Made by a program: the position numbers and the translations under genes | Part shown: positions 31,601 through 41,003 of the stretch, in pieces | Position numbering within the stretch: the first letter of the stretch is position 1 | Layout: each line of letters begins with the position of its first letter | Assembly (NCBI GenBank): GCA_965263295.1 | Contig: OZ253665.1 | Coordinates: forward strand, 1,792,001 to 1,856,000 | DNA: 64,000 nucleotides | Direction of reading: 5' to 3' | Source of the DNA: Spirochaetia bacterium | Lineage (GTDB): Bacteria; Spirochaetota; Spirochaetia; SP-2023 | Notes under the pieces: generated by a model | Seen by the model: the letters and a program-made list of their open reading frames with translations, nothing else | Database searches by the model: none | Told to the model about the DNA's origin: nothing

Positions 31601-32044
31601 AGCAGTGTTATAATGGTAGAATTTATCAATCACATTGTGCATTGCTACCCGCGCGCAAAGCCTGAGCTGCTGGAGCCAATGGTGCTCAAGGGAGCCGGAC
31701 GCAGGCTGCGCGGTGTTCTGCTGACGACGCTGACAACGGTGCTGGGGCTATTTCCCACGATTTACGGCCTCGGTGGCGATCCGACCTTTGTTCGCGCTGT
31801 TGTCATTGTTCTAGGTTATGGCTTGCTCTCTACCGTAATTATAACTTTGTTTTATATACCGGCATTATATATGATACAACTGGACCTCAGATACGGCTTT
31901 GCCCAGCTGCGCCTTCGCTTAATTCCTGGGCGCAGGCAAGAGAGTCTGCCAGCATCGACAAGCCAAATACTCGTGAACAGAGAAAAATTAGCCAGGCTTG
32001 AAGAACTTGAAGAACAAGAGTTGCCCCCCGACCCTTGGGTATAA
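28643..32044 (+). CDS. RND efflux transporter permease (AcrB/AcrD/AcrF superfamily)
   Basis: YPGVSPAQVEKD..PIE, GMLVDHGIVISE, GVVVNSSVIMVE and RRLRGVLLTTLTT; 12-TM architecture. Confidence 0.93.
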   Translation: MSSTQHLEKFRREDGFIGYVITLFYNKRTLSGILTTIVIVLGTVFALRIQREAMPNVQADRYIVTVNYPGVSPAQVEKDAINPIEDVIRNISGIKNFSSSSRQGTGSVTISIDEDVDNPDEVGDEIYRRMDLGNIPNLSADVESLAVEKLSSGNYPIYLLALTRSSDAIPDLVFNQTADALSSQLEALSGVNEIRMTGYREQQIEIEVNPAALRREHVDLNAVVAAIQQRNVRTTAGMLEDPDNYKAIVTISEYQNLKELSNTIIRAGFDGNRVLLGDVAKVARVFPKKTVYSRANGQEAILLEAYKTTAADIVEVSGAIKEFMTENSAKLLPDGIDWAEINNEAQNVDLVTSILVNNGMIGFVLILLILFLFLDFTTAFWTASALPLVIIMTLGYMGARGISVNYLTLTAMITMIGMLVDHGIVISEGIFARRIKGYSPIRACIEGLKAVFSPVLVTAVITIMSFLPLLLISGIMGDFTRFFPIMVTVMLTFSFLEASFLLVSHLLHTAKPHLGEHKIRHRGKPAEKTLEHWFAPVIRFYQYVLRFILRHRWWCAILFLGILALEFILGFPAMQEFKLFDGQDLPVLQVSYEAEEGVALEKVQEDVKQMEAAIVELTPDNQIQSFSTQVYRGTDGIVKGNTILYLLTDAADRALAFSLYNKLLSAHLLPYGRESRVNLLGREKENQRNPYVLNSAELEAIPVLFANVGVGLPAGASGVGYPISFRFYSDDVEELRAAGTEAVAILNSIRGTQNIHNSESIEAEQVRVVLDYAQMARYGVSLAEVNSTLRTAFHGTTASKSRSGSKTTDFIVRLEERYRKSLRTILRLNVHTATGEFVPLSRFARLETQRSAPSINHFNGHRTLQITGDLDMDAEGVNSLSVSQQFQQKAAALKKKYPGVTLDLSGGEAEQTEIFLRDVVPAFIAAVILIFLILMLLFDSFLQPWIVMGVVPFGLAGGILALYLHGMFISFMAVLGFMGLIGVVVNSSVIMVEFINHIVHCYPRAKPELLEPMVLKGAGRRLRGVLLTTLTTVLGLFPTIYGLGGDPTFVRAVVIVLGYGLLSTVIITLFYIPALYMIQLDLRYGFAQLRLRLIPGRRQESLPASTSQILVNREKLARLEELEEQELPPDPWV

Positions 32045-32366
32045 ATCGGGTATAAAATGCTGTAAAATAAACTGTGCTTAGGTCATTTGTGTCATATAGG
32101 CAAACCTTGTATGATATTAACTGGAAACGAACCTGGTTAAAAGGTTCACCTGATTTCAATTCAGCAGGACATTTTAGAGCGGTAGGCATTTGTGGCTCAT
32201 AGCCGGATCGGCCGAAAAGTTTGACTCGCTGCTTCGACGCTAGATTTTTTCTTCCTAAATTACGGGACAGAAACATCAGCGCAACCACACCAATGATGAA
32301 AGTGAGGATATGATGATGACAAAGCCGTCTGGAAGCGAGCCCTTGGGAAGACATGTGGAAAGCCAT

Positions 32367-33572
32367 ATGGAAAGACATACTCTATTTATTGTTTTTCCTG
32401 CGTTATTGATGACTCTCAACTCAATTGCCATCGATATTATGCTGCCGGCCTTTCCGCAGATTGCCTCCAGTTATAAGCTTCTTGATAAAGATGATTGTCA
32501 GCTCATAATCTTTACTTACCTCTTTGGATTGGGGTTTGGCCAGCTGGTATTTGGCCCCGTCTCTGACCATCTGGGACGTCGCGGGCCTGTTCTTGTCGGC
32601 TTACTGCTTTACATTGTCAGCGCAGTCATTGCCGCGTTTACACACGTTTTCACGGTACTACTTGCAGCCAGGTTCCTACAGGGATTCGGTGCTGCCGCAA
32701 CACGAGTGATTTCTCTTGCCATTGTGCGGGATAAATACCGCGGGAGCGACATGGCCTCAATTATATCCATTGTCATGATGATATTTCTTATTGCTCCGGT
32801 CGTCGCGCCATTGATTGGGCAGACATTAATGCTTGCAACATCATGGCGCATGTTATTTGTCTTTATGGCAACTTTCTCTCTGATCATCGCTGTCTGTGTG
32901 TATTTCTATCTTCCAGAGACCCTGCCTCAAGAACGTCGTCTTCCATTCACGATCACCGAAGTGTTTAAAGCATTCATCTTGACTTTGTCGAATCGTGTAA
33001 CGCTTTTCTACTCAATTGCAATGATTTGCACCTATGGTACTTTGTATAGTTTTTTAAGTACCGCACAGGCGATTTTTGTCGATATTTATAAAGTTGGTCT
33101 CTGGTTTCCCGCTGTGTTTGCAGCGATAGCAATTTTGCAAGGCCTCGGTTCTTTAGTCAATTCGCGTGTCGTCAGACGGGTCGGCCAAAAGCGCTCTTCA
33201 CACGCGGCACTTATTGCCTTTGTCTTAATCACCATTCTCCTGTCTTGTCTGTCAACGACTCTGTCGCGGAGCGGGTTATTGCCTTTTTTCGTGTTTTCTT
33301 CGCTCTTTGCCATTGCCATGGCTTTGTTTGCAATCGTTGCCGCGAATTTCAGTTCCATCGCCGTGGAACCACTCGGTGCAGTTGCCGGCACGGCTTCGTC
33401 CGTCATTGGCTTTGCCCAGACGGTCGGCGGTGCCTTTGTCGGCTCATTAATAGGCTTGGCTTACAACGGCACTGTGACTCCTCTCGTTGTCGGCGACGCG
33501 ATGGCTGCGTTCATTGCCCTGCTTGCCGTTCTGATTGCCGAAAAGGGAAGGATTTTGCGGGAACATTCCTGA
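32367..33572 (+). CDS. Bcr/CflA-family MFS efflux transporter
   Basis: AIDIMLPAFP, GPVSDHLGRRGP, ARFLQGFG, LPETL and AGTASS; start uncertain (32310-32367). Confidence 0.93.
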   Translation: MERHTLFIVFPALLMTLNSIAIDIMLPAFPQIASSYKLLDKDDCQLIIFTYLFGLGFGQLVFGPVSDHLGRRGPVLVGLLLYIVSAVIAAFTHVFTVLLAARFLQGFGAAATRVISLAIVRDKYRGSDMASIISIVMMIFLIAPVVAPLIGQTLMLATSWRMLFVFMATFSLIIAVCVYFYLPETLPQERRLPFTITEVFKAFILTLSNRVTLFYSIAMICTYGTLYSFLSTAQAIFVDIYKVGLWFPAVFAAIAILQGLGSLVNSRVVRRVGQKRSSHAALIAFVLITILLSCLSTTLSRSGLLPFFVFSSLFAIAMALFAIVAANFSSIAVEPLGAVAGTASSVIGFAQTVGGAFVGSLIGLAYNGTVTPLVVGDAMAAFIALLAVLIAEKGRILREHS

Positions 33573-33771
33573 AACTTCAATGACTTTGATCAAATGAACT
33601 TAATCCCTAATCAATTCAAGATATTCTACCAGATCCCAGGACTTTCAAAAGACTTTGAACTAAAATAAAATTGGCAGCCCCTGCTGATTACCTCTCAGAG
33701 CCTGCCAAGCTTACCAGTTCCATGCTGCTGCAGAGAAAGTCATGAACTGGCAATTAGTATATCGAATTCTG

Positions 33772-34692
33772 CTATATCCTTTCTTGGAAAACACGTTCGA
33801 CATTTTTTGTCTCTATTTTTCTGAATATAGTCCTTAGATTAAGATCCTGTACCTTGTGCAGGGCTAATGAGAGGAAATAGACAAAGCTGAGTACCACAAT
33901 GATTGTGGGGCCCGAAGCGAGGCCCGTATGGTAAGATGCCAGCAGGCCAATGTATCCTGAAATAAAGGCATCTAATAGGCTGATTAACATCATGGGAAAG
34001 AGCGTTTTGGCCCACAGCAAGGCTGTGACAGCCGGTAAGATAATCATACCGACGGCCATTAAAGTCCCCAACGCCTCAAATCCAGCTACCAGATTCATGA
34101 CTACCGTAGTCATGAAAATAAAGTGGTAGATATGGCCCCGTCCCCTGACAGAACGCAGATAGACCGGATCAAAAGATTCGGTAATTAAAGGACGATAGAT
34201 AAAAGCGATGACAAGTATCGTAAATGATGCAATGCCTCCGACGAGATAGATAGCTGCGGAATCAATGGCCAGAATAGTGCCAAACAGTACATGCATTAAA
34301 TCGACATTGGAGCCACGAAACGACACAATCAATACGCCGATTGCCAGAGAAAACAGGTAAAAGCTGGCAAAGCTGGCATCCTCGCGCAAGATAGTGGTAC
34401 GGGTAACAAACCCAGAAAGTATTGTGACCAAAAGGCCAGCGATTAAGCCGCCGACCCCCATAGCAAACAGGGACAAAGAACCCGCAACTAAATAACCGAT
34501 CGCAGCACCCGGCATCACTGCATGGCTCATCGCATCTCCCACAAGAGTCATGCGGCGCAGTGTCAGAAATACCCCAACGGGACCTGCGCCAATCCCCAGG
34601 GCAAAGCATGCAACCCAGGCGCGGCGCATAAAACCGTAATCGATAAATGGACTGAACAAGTAGTCATATAAATTATTTGGATCCATAATCAT
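33772..34692 (-). CDS. Zn/Mn ABC transporter permease (ZnuB/AztB-like)
   Basis: RRMTLVGDAMSHAVMPG, LFGTILAI and SFDPVY motifs. Confidence 0.94.
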   Translation of the reverse strand: MIMDPNNLYDYLFSPFIDYGFMRRAWVACFALGIGAGPVGVFLTLRRMTLVGDAMSHAVMPGAAIGYLVAGSLSLFAMGVGGLIAGLLVTILSGFVTRTTILREDASFASFYLFSLAIGVLIVSFRGSNVDLMHVLFGTILAIDSAAIYLVGGIASFTILVIAFIYRPLITESFDPVYLRSVRGRGHIYHFIFMTTVVMNLVAGFEALGTLMAVGMIILPAVTALLWAKTLFPMMLISLLDAFISGYIGLLASYHTGLASGPTIIVVLSFVYFLSLALHKVQDLNLRTIFRKIETKNVERVFQERI

Positions 34693-34743
34693 CTCCTTAA
34701 TTTTTATATTTGCAGAAGTAAACAGCGAGCTAGAAGCTGCTTA

Positions 34744-35466
34744 CTACAGGTTGGAATTGGCCATATTTCTGACGAGTTGCAGATTATCCTGCGTTACGAC
34801 ATCGACAGTGGGGCCTGCCGCTATTAACCGATTCATCAATAAGATAGCGTGGGAAAAATGAGCCTTGACTTGCTCCGAGTCATGCAAGACGGCAATAACA
34901 GCACGGCCTTCGTGTTGCCAATTTGCCAGCAGCGAGAGAAGGTCAGAGGTTGTCTTGGCATCAATACCGTTAAACGGTTCATCAATTATGACGACCTGGC
35001 TGTCTTGCAGAATTAGTCGAGCAAACAAAGCCCTCTGGAATTGCCCTGCTGACAGCTGACTGATTTGCCGCGATTCAAAGCCATTGAGACCAACTTCATC
35101 TATCGCTCTTTGTTGCTTTTCAAGCATCGGAATAGATATCCCGCGAAAAGAGCCTGTAGTGGACCAAGCCCCCAACGACACCATGTCCCACATGCTTATC
35201 GGAAAATGGCGGTTGATCTCATTGACCTGCGGCAGATACGCAAAATTTCGGGGCGAGATGCCATTGTAGGAAATTTCCCCAGACTTCAGGGATAATTCTC
35301 CTATTATTGCTTTGATCAAGGTCGATTTGCCAGAACCGTTCGGCCCGATAATTGCGGTCAGGCTTCCCGCACAAAAACTGGCAGAAACATTAGAAAGTAC
35401 GACATTGCCATCATATGCAACGCTAACCGCCCGGCAGGAAATAAAAGGAACAAGAGCTTGTGTCAT
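34744..35466 (-). CDS. Zn/Mn ABC transporter ATP-binding protein
   Basis: GPNGSGKST, YLPQ, LSAGQFQRALFAR and IIDEPF; start ATG 35466 overlaps the upstream stop (ATGA). Confidence 0.94.
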   Translation of the reverse strand: MTQALVPFISCRAVSVAYDGNVVLSNVSASFCAGSLTAIIGPNGSGKSTLIKAIIGELSLKSGEISYNGISPRNFAYLPQVNEINRHFPISMWDMVSLGAWSTTGSFRGISIPMLEKQQRAIDEVGLNGFESRQISQLSAGQFQRALFARLILQDSQVVIIDEPFNGIDAKTTSDLLSLLANWQHEGRAVIAVLHDSEQVKAHFSHAILLMNRLIAAGPTVDVVTQDNLQLVRNMANSNL

Positions 35467-35585
35467 GGCAAGCTCACAGACCAAAAGATCAAGGCCCAAA
35501 GGATAGCCAACAGGACACAGGCCCCCAGCATTCGCAGTGCAGCCGACTGGCTAAAAAGAGATCTTTTATAAGTTTTTTTTTGCAT
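35463..35585 (-). CDS. 40-aa single-pass membrane protein (absent from the ORF track)
   Basis: MQKKTYKRSLFSQSAALRMLGACVLLAILWALIFWSVSLP; GAGGA RBS; TGA overlaps the ATPase ATG. Confidence 0.75.
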   Translation of the reverse strand: MQKKTYKRSLFSQSAALRMLGACVLLAILWALIFWSVSLP

Positions 35586-35655
35586 ATGATCCTCGCTTTC
35601 AATAATACAGCAGAAATCCACGGGAAATGTGCCCTATGTAACTCTTAAATAATTG

Positions 35656-35691
35656 CCCCCTCCTCTCGTTTTGAGAATTTTGAGGAGGGGG
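35656..35691. terminator. GC-rich hairpin between the SBP gene and the small ORF (attenuator/stabiliser or REP-like)
   Basis: ccccctcctc...gaggaggggg inverted repeat. Confidence 0.55.
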
Positions 35692-35781
35692 AGTTCCTAC
35701 TTCTTGCAGATACCCATAACTAAAACCGTACTTAAACCAGTGAAAATACCTGACTATGGCGGGTAACCTGCCGGACGGGGT

Positions 35782-36678
35782 TTACAAACTCTTTTGGATA
35801 CCGCTCGCAATAAGATCTATATTGTGCTTGAACATCGCGTAAAATGTCGGCACCTCTTCAGATAGAGCCTCTGGAAACAACGTACCACCCGGCTGCGCCT
35901 TCGTCGCCCGGGCGATCTGCCGCACCAATCGGGGATCATTGGAGTTTTCCATGAAATACACCTTGACCCCTTCCCGCTTCATCTGGTCAATCAGCCTCTT
36001 AACATCCTTGGCCGAAGCCTCTGTTTCGGTAGAAACTCCCAGCGGGGCGATAAACGTAACATCATAAGCACGGCCCAAGTAGCTAAATGCATCATGATTT
36101 GTCAAAACTTTTTTCTTTTCTCTGGGAAAGCCGGTCAGTTTTGAAAGGGCGTAGTCGTCAAGCGCATCAAGTAACTTGTCGTACAGCTCAGCATTGGCAA
36201 TAAAATCGGCTTTATCCTCTGGATCTACGGCGATCAGGGCATCACGGATATTCTTAACCCAAATCTTCACATTTTCGGGATCGTTCCACACGTGTGGATC
36301 AGCCATGATTTCACCATCTTCTTCAAATTCGCCTACTTCAATGCCCTCTGAAACGACAACTACCTCCTTGGCATTTGCCGCGCGGGCTAGGCGCTCAAAC
36401 CATGTCTCAAGGCCACATCCACTGATAAAAACGACATCAGATTTTCGCAGATTTCTCGAATCTCTGGCAGAGGGTTCGTATTTGTGAGGGTCGCCATTGT
36501 TTCCCACCAGGCTGCTCACTTGCACATGTTCACCTCCGACTTGCTTCACCACATCGGCCAACACGGTAAAACTTGCCATGACCTTCAGTGTGCGAGCCGA
36601 AAGCGGCATGACTGCTGTCACAAGCAAAAGCATCAGTATGAATTGTTTTTTTACCCTAAAAATATTTATATTCTTCAT
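35782..36678 (-). CDS. Zn/Mn ABC transporter substrate-binding protein (cluster A-I, AztC/TroA-like)
   Basis: Signal peptide; DPHKYEP, DPHVW, HDAFSY and PEAL metal-ligand motifs. Confidence 0.95.
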   Translation of the reverse strand: MKNINIFRVKKQFILMLLLVTAVMPLSARTLKVMASFTVLADVVKQVGGEHVQVSSLVGNNGDPHKYEPSARDSRNLRKSDVVFISGCGLETWFERLARAANAKEVVVVSEGIEVGEFEEDGEIMADPHVWNDPENVKIWVKNIRDALIAVDPEDKADFIANAELYDKLLDALDDYALSKLTGFPREKKKVLTNHDAFSYLGRAYDVTFIAPLGVSTETEASAKDVKRLIDQMKREGVKVYFMENSNDPRLVRQIARATKAQPGGTLFPEALSEEVPTFYAMFKHNIDLIASGIQKSL

Positions 36679-36898
36679 TTCTATGTCTCTCCTTTAAATT
36701 TAATCATTAATTTGATTATTAAAATCACTCTTATCCTCGTTAGAGGGGCTCGTTCTATCTCCTATCTGCTCATATGCAAATCCCTTTCCTTCTCTGAGCT
36801 TGATCGCGCAGAAAACCTTATTATAAGCTGGACAGTCATTTTGCTGGGTAAGCCACATATTGACCCAAGATATGACTGGCAATTAGAATCAAAGTTAT

Positions 36899-36917
36899 GC
36901 GAATAATAATTATTATC
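36899..36917. promoter_or_regulatory. Fur-family-like box in the divergent Zn-ABC/aspA intergenic region
   Basis: GCGAATAATAATTATTATC matches 15/19 of GATAATGATAATCATTATC; the region is AT-rich. Confidence 0.5.
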
Positions 36918-37302
36918 GACAAACGGAGTTTATTGAATTATAGTTGTAAATACAAGAGTGATACAGATTTTTTTTAAAAAAATATATTTTACATATAATA
37001 AATATATGATTATTTTTTATAGCTGGACTTTAAAGCGTATTAATTATATGACAATACCTCTTTTTAAAGAGCGCCAATCAATATAAATTTCTTGCAAAAT
37101 TGAGATTTAAGTAAAGGAAAATCACCGGGAAGCCTTTTGTCGTTATCCGTCATTATCCTCCATCGTTATCCAATGAATCGTTCTGCCATAAAACGCTACA
37201 AGCTAGAAAAACTACACGTTCTTTATTTTCTCGGAATTCTGTGATATAATTCTCATTATTTGATATATCAAAATATTTTTATTTATTTAGGTTTAAGGGT
37301 AT

Positions 37303-38778
37303 ATGTCTTATTCAGAGTTTCGTTCAGAACACGATCTGCTCGGCGAGATGCCGGTCTGTTCGGATGCGTACTACGGGATTCACACGGTTCGTGCCGTTGA
37401 AAATTTTCCGATCACGGGCATAAAGATGCAAAGCTATCCGGACTTGATCGCCGCGCTTGCCGCAGTTAAGCAGGCGGCCGCAGAGACCAATTGCGGCCTC
37501 GGCCTTCTCGACGCAGAGCGCGGCGAGGCGATCGTCAAGGCGGCGATTGAAGTTCGCAACGGTGCGCTGCACGACCAGTTCGTCGTCGACATGATCCAAG
37601 GAGGCGCCGGCACCTCTGCGAACATGAACGCCAACGAAGTCATTGCCAACCGCGCACTTGAACTCATGGGCCGCAAGCGCGGGCAGTATGAGTTTTTACA
37701 CCCGATTGAGCACGTCAACATGAGTCAGAGCACCAACGACGCCTATCCGAGTGCCATAAAAGTCGCACTGCACTACCTAATTGAACGCTTGATACAGACT
37801 CTTGAGGGTTTGCGTCTCGCCTTTGAAGGCAAGGCGAACGAGTTCGCCGACCTGCTCAAAATGGGGCGCACCCAGCTCCAGGATGCGGTCCCAATGACTC
37901 TCGGCCAAGAATTTGGCACCCATGCGGTGATGCTCGGCGAAGACAAGGAGCGCTTGCGCGAGGCCGCTTTGCTGATCAACGAGATCAACCTGGGCGCGAC
38001 CGCGATCGGCACCGGCATTACGGCCCATCCCGACTACGCGGCGGGGGTTTGCACGGCGCTTGCGCGCATCACCGGCATCCCGCTCAAGACTGCGGGCAAT
38101 TTGATTGAGGCGACGCAGGACTGCGGCGCGTTCGTGCAGCTTTCGGGCGTGCTCAAGCGAGTGGCGGTCAAGCTTTCAAAGACCTGCAACGACTTGCGCC
38201 TGCTTTCGTCGGGGCCGCGGGCGGGCCTGGGCGAAATCAATCTGCCGCCGCGCCAAGCGGGTTCAAGCATCATGCCCGGCAAGGTCAATCCGGTGATTCC
38301 CGAGGTCGTCAACCAGGTCGCCTTTGAGGTCATTGGCAACGATGCCACGGTGACCTGTGCCGCGGAGGCGGGGCAACTCCAACTCAACGCCTTTGAGCCC
38401 GTCATCGCCTACAGCCTGATCAAGAGCCTCACTCATTTGCGCGCCGCCTGCGACACGTTGCGCGAACGCTGCGTTACGCAAATCACGGCGAACCGCGAGC
38501 ACCTGCGCAATACAGTTGAGCACTCAATCGGCATTGTCACGGCGCTCAATCCCTACATCGGCTACACCGATGCTACCGCCGTTGCCAAGGCCGCCCTTCG
38601 CGGCGACCGCAGTGTCTATGAGATAGTCCTAGAAATGGGGCTGCTCAGCCGGGAGCGCCTCGACGAAATCCTGCAGCCAGAGCAACTCACCCGGCCGCAC
38701 GCATTTGTGCTGCACAACCGAACGACAGAAAATCGGCTGCAGGGCGAGGGCAGAAGGAATAAAAAGGCGGAAAACTGA
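37303..38778 (+). CDS. aspA: Aspartate ammonia-lyase
   Basis: EHDLLG, YYGIHTVRA, QGGAGTSANMNANE, KMGRTQLQDAVP and GSSIMPGKVNPVIPE. Confidence 0.96.
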   Translation: MSYSEFRSEHDLLGEMPVCSDAYYGIHTVRAVENFPITGIKMQSYPDLIAALAAVKQAAAETNCGLGLLDAERGEAIVKAAIEVRNGALHDQFVVDMIQGGAGTSANMNANEVIANRALELMGRKRGQYEFLHPIEHVNMSQSTNDAYPSAIKVALHYLIERLIQTLEGLRLAFEGKANEFADLLKMGRTQLQDAVPMTLGQEFGTHAVMLGEDKERLREAALLINEINLGATAIGTGITAHPDYAAGVCTALARITGIPLKTAGNLIEATQDCGAFVQLSGVLKRVAVKLSKTCNDLRLLSSGPRAGLGEINLPPRQAGSSIMPGKVNPVIPEVVNQVAFEVIGNDATVTCAAEAGQLQLNAFEPVIAYSLIKSLTHLRAACDTLRERCVTQITANREHLRNTVEHSIGIVTALNPYIGYTDATAVAKAALRGDRSVYEIVLEMGLLSRERLDEILQPEQLTRPHAFVLHNRTTENRLQGEGRRNKKAEN

Positions 38779-38831
38779 CTGGCAGTAAATTGCCCGACGA
38801 CTGTCACATTGTTACCAAAGAAGGAGTTAGC

Positions 38832-40160
38832 ATGAAAAAGAAAGGCTTGTTGGGCTTATATTTTGGCTCTAACCTGTTGTTGAGGGTCATGATCGGCCTG
38901 ATCGCTGGCGTGGTAGTGGGTCTCGCCCTCGGCTACGGCAATCCGGCAATGGCACGCGCGTTTGCTGCCAACAGCGCAATTTTTGGTTCCATCTTCATCC
39001 GTTTGTTGAAGATGATTGTAATCCCGGTGATCTTCTTTTCGTTGATTGGCGGTGCCGCCAGCATTGCCCCGGCCCGGCTCGGGCGCATTGGCGTCAAAAT
39101 CATCGTCTTCTACATGCTGACTTCAGCTATATCGACGGTATTTGGCCTGCTCTTCGCCAATCTTTTGCATCCCGGCAGCGGCATGGATCTCGCTGGAGCG
39201 CAGGAGGGGGAAATCCGGCTGGCAGAGGCCCCGCAACTCACACAAGTCTTACTAAACATTATCCCGACCAATCCGATCCAATCTCTGGCCGAGGGCGACG
39301 TGCTGCCGATCATCTTCTTCGCCTTGGTATTTGGCCTCTCGATTTCCTTTCTCAAGGAATCCGACAAGCCACAGCTGGCCCGTAACGCCAGCCTTCTGCA
39401 CGACATTGTCGACACCGCGGCCGAGGTAATGTATAAGATCGTTCGCGGCATCATGCAGTATGCCCCGATCGGTGTCTTCTTTCTAATCGCCATCGTCTTC
39501 GCCGAGCAGGGCGCGAAGGCGCTCGGTCCGCTGGTGACGGTTACGCTGACCGCCTATCTCGCCTCGATTGTGGTCGTCATTGTCGGATATGGAAGTCTGC
39601 TCACGGCTACCCATATCGGTTTCTGGAATTTTCTACGGGCGGCCAACTCGGCCATCATTTGTGCCTTTGTCACCCGCAGCTCCAGCGGCACTCTGCCGGT
39701 GAGCATGCGCGTCTGCGAAGAGAAACTGGGCATTCCGCGCCATATTTATTCATTTACCCTGCCTCTGGGCGCCACCATCAACATGAACGGCACAGCCATC
39801 TACCTGGGGGTTTGCGCCATGTTTATCGGCTATGCCACGGGCAGTCCATTAGACATCGCACAGCAGATAAAGGTGGTGACGACGGCCACACTCGCTGCCA
39901 TCGGCACGGCGGGAGTTCCGGGCTCGGGCGCAATTATGCTGCTGATGGTCCTCAATTCGATTGGGTTGCGTCTGGACGCCGGCTCGGCCGCCGCCACAGC
40001 CTATGCGATGATTCTCGGCATTGACGCCTTGCTCGACATGTGCCGGACCAGTCTGAATGTCACTGGCGACATCGTTTGTACCGCGATCCTCGCCCAGAAC
40101 GAGAAAAAAGCCGAAGGAACAGTCGAGGGGAAAGCGGAGGAAAAAGCTGAAGAATCCTGA
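38832..40160 (+). CDS. Dicarboxylate/amino acid:cation symporter (DAACS, GltP/GltPh-like; probably aspartate)
   Basis: FVTRSSSGTLP, PLGATINMNGT, IGTAGVPG and DMCRTSLNVTGD; start ATG 38832 after AAGGAG. Confidence 0.93.
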   Translation: MKKKGLLGLYFGSNLLLRVMIGLIAGVVVGLALGYGNPAMARAFAANSAIFGSIFIRLLKMIVIPVIFFSLIGGAASIAPARLGRIGVKIIVFYMLTSAISTVFGLLFANLLHPGSGMDLAGAQEGEIRLAEAPQLTQVLLNIIPTNPIQSLAEGDVLPIIFFALVFGLSISFLKESDKPQLARNASLLHDIVDTAAEVMYKIVRGIMQYAPIGVFFLIAIVFAEQGAKALGPLVTVTLTAYLASIVVVIVGYGSLLTATHIGFWNFLRAANSAIICAFVTRSSSGTLPVSMRVCEEKLGIPRHIYSFTLPLGATINMNGTAIYLGVCAMFIGYATGSPLDIAQQIKVVTTATLAAIGTAGVPGSGAIMLLMVLNSIGLRLDAGSAAATAYAMILGIDALLDMCRTSLNVTGDIVCTAILAQNEKKAEGTVEGKAEEKAEES

Positions 40161-40197
40161 AGAATCCTGAAATTTAATATTATATCAGAAGGAGTAT

Positions 40198-40935
40198 TTG
40201 TCTATGGATATAATGCTTTTTAGTAACGGTTATTCGCCGGGAAACACCTTGCCACTGGAGTATGGCCTGGACTGGATTGAAGGTTTTGCCGCCCGCGCTG
40301 CAGTAAAAAAGTTTGTTTTCATTCCCTATGCCGTGATCCGCGATGACTATGACGCCCGCAAGCAGATGGTCGGGCAGAGTCTAGCCAGATTTGGCTGGGA
40401 AGTCTCGGCCATACACCGGGCCAACGACCCCGTTCAGGCGCTTGAAGAAGCCGATGGCGTTTTAGTCAGTGGGGGCAACACCTGGGTCTTGAACAAGACC
40501 TTGCACGATCTCGGTCTGATCCGACCGATTCGCAATGCAGTGTTGAAGCAGAACAAATTGTATATCGGTTGGAGCGCGGGCAGCAATATTGCGGCGCCGA
40601 CGATGCGAACCACAAACGACATGCCCATTGTAACCGCGGCCGTATTGCCAGCACTCAACCTGATCCCGTTCCAGATCAACCCCCATTATGTCGAGTCCTT
40701 GAGCGACAGTCAGACGGGGGAGACTCGCGATGAAAGAATTGAGGAGTTTCTGCTGCTCAGCCCGCATGAAATCGTTGTGGGGCTGCCCGAAGCTAGCATG
40801 CTGCATGTTCACGATGGACAAATTCGTTACTACAGCGCAAATGACAAGCCGCTAAAACTGTTTCGCAATGGGAGGGAACCAGAATACTTTGGCCCGCAAG
40901 ATGACATTGGTTTTTTGCTGGAACACGGTTGTTGA
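40198..40935 (+). CDS. pepE: Alpha-aspartyl dipeptidase (peptidase S51)
   Basis: FIPYA, GGNT, catalytic GWSAG, TTNDMP, QINPHY and GETRDERI. Confidence 0.95.
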   Translation: MSMDIMLFSNGYSPGNTLPLEYGLDWIEGFAARAAVKKFVFIPYAVIRDDYDARKQMVGQSLARFGWEVSAIHRANDPVQALEEADGVLVSGGNTWVLNKTLHDLGLIRPIRNAVLKQNKLYIGWSAGSNIAAPTMRTTNDMPIVTAAVLPALNLIPFQINPHYVESLSDSQTGETRDERIEEFLLLSPHEIVVGLPEASMLHVHDGQIRYYSANDKPLKLFRNGREPEYFGPQDDIGFLLEHGC

Positions 40936-41003
40936 ATGTTTTTTGAAAAGTGGTTACTGACCATTTGTTGATAAACGGTATTTCATTTAAGAGGATTTAA
41001 ATT

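Noticed and set aside
32090..32300. c-di-GMP-I riboswitch (ggcaaacc) upstream of the Bcr MFS
   Set aside because: No GNRA-capped P2 followed by the GCAAAG / P3 receptor pattern
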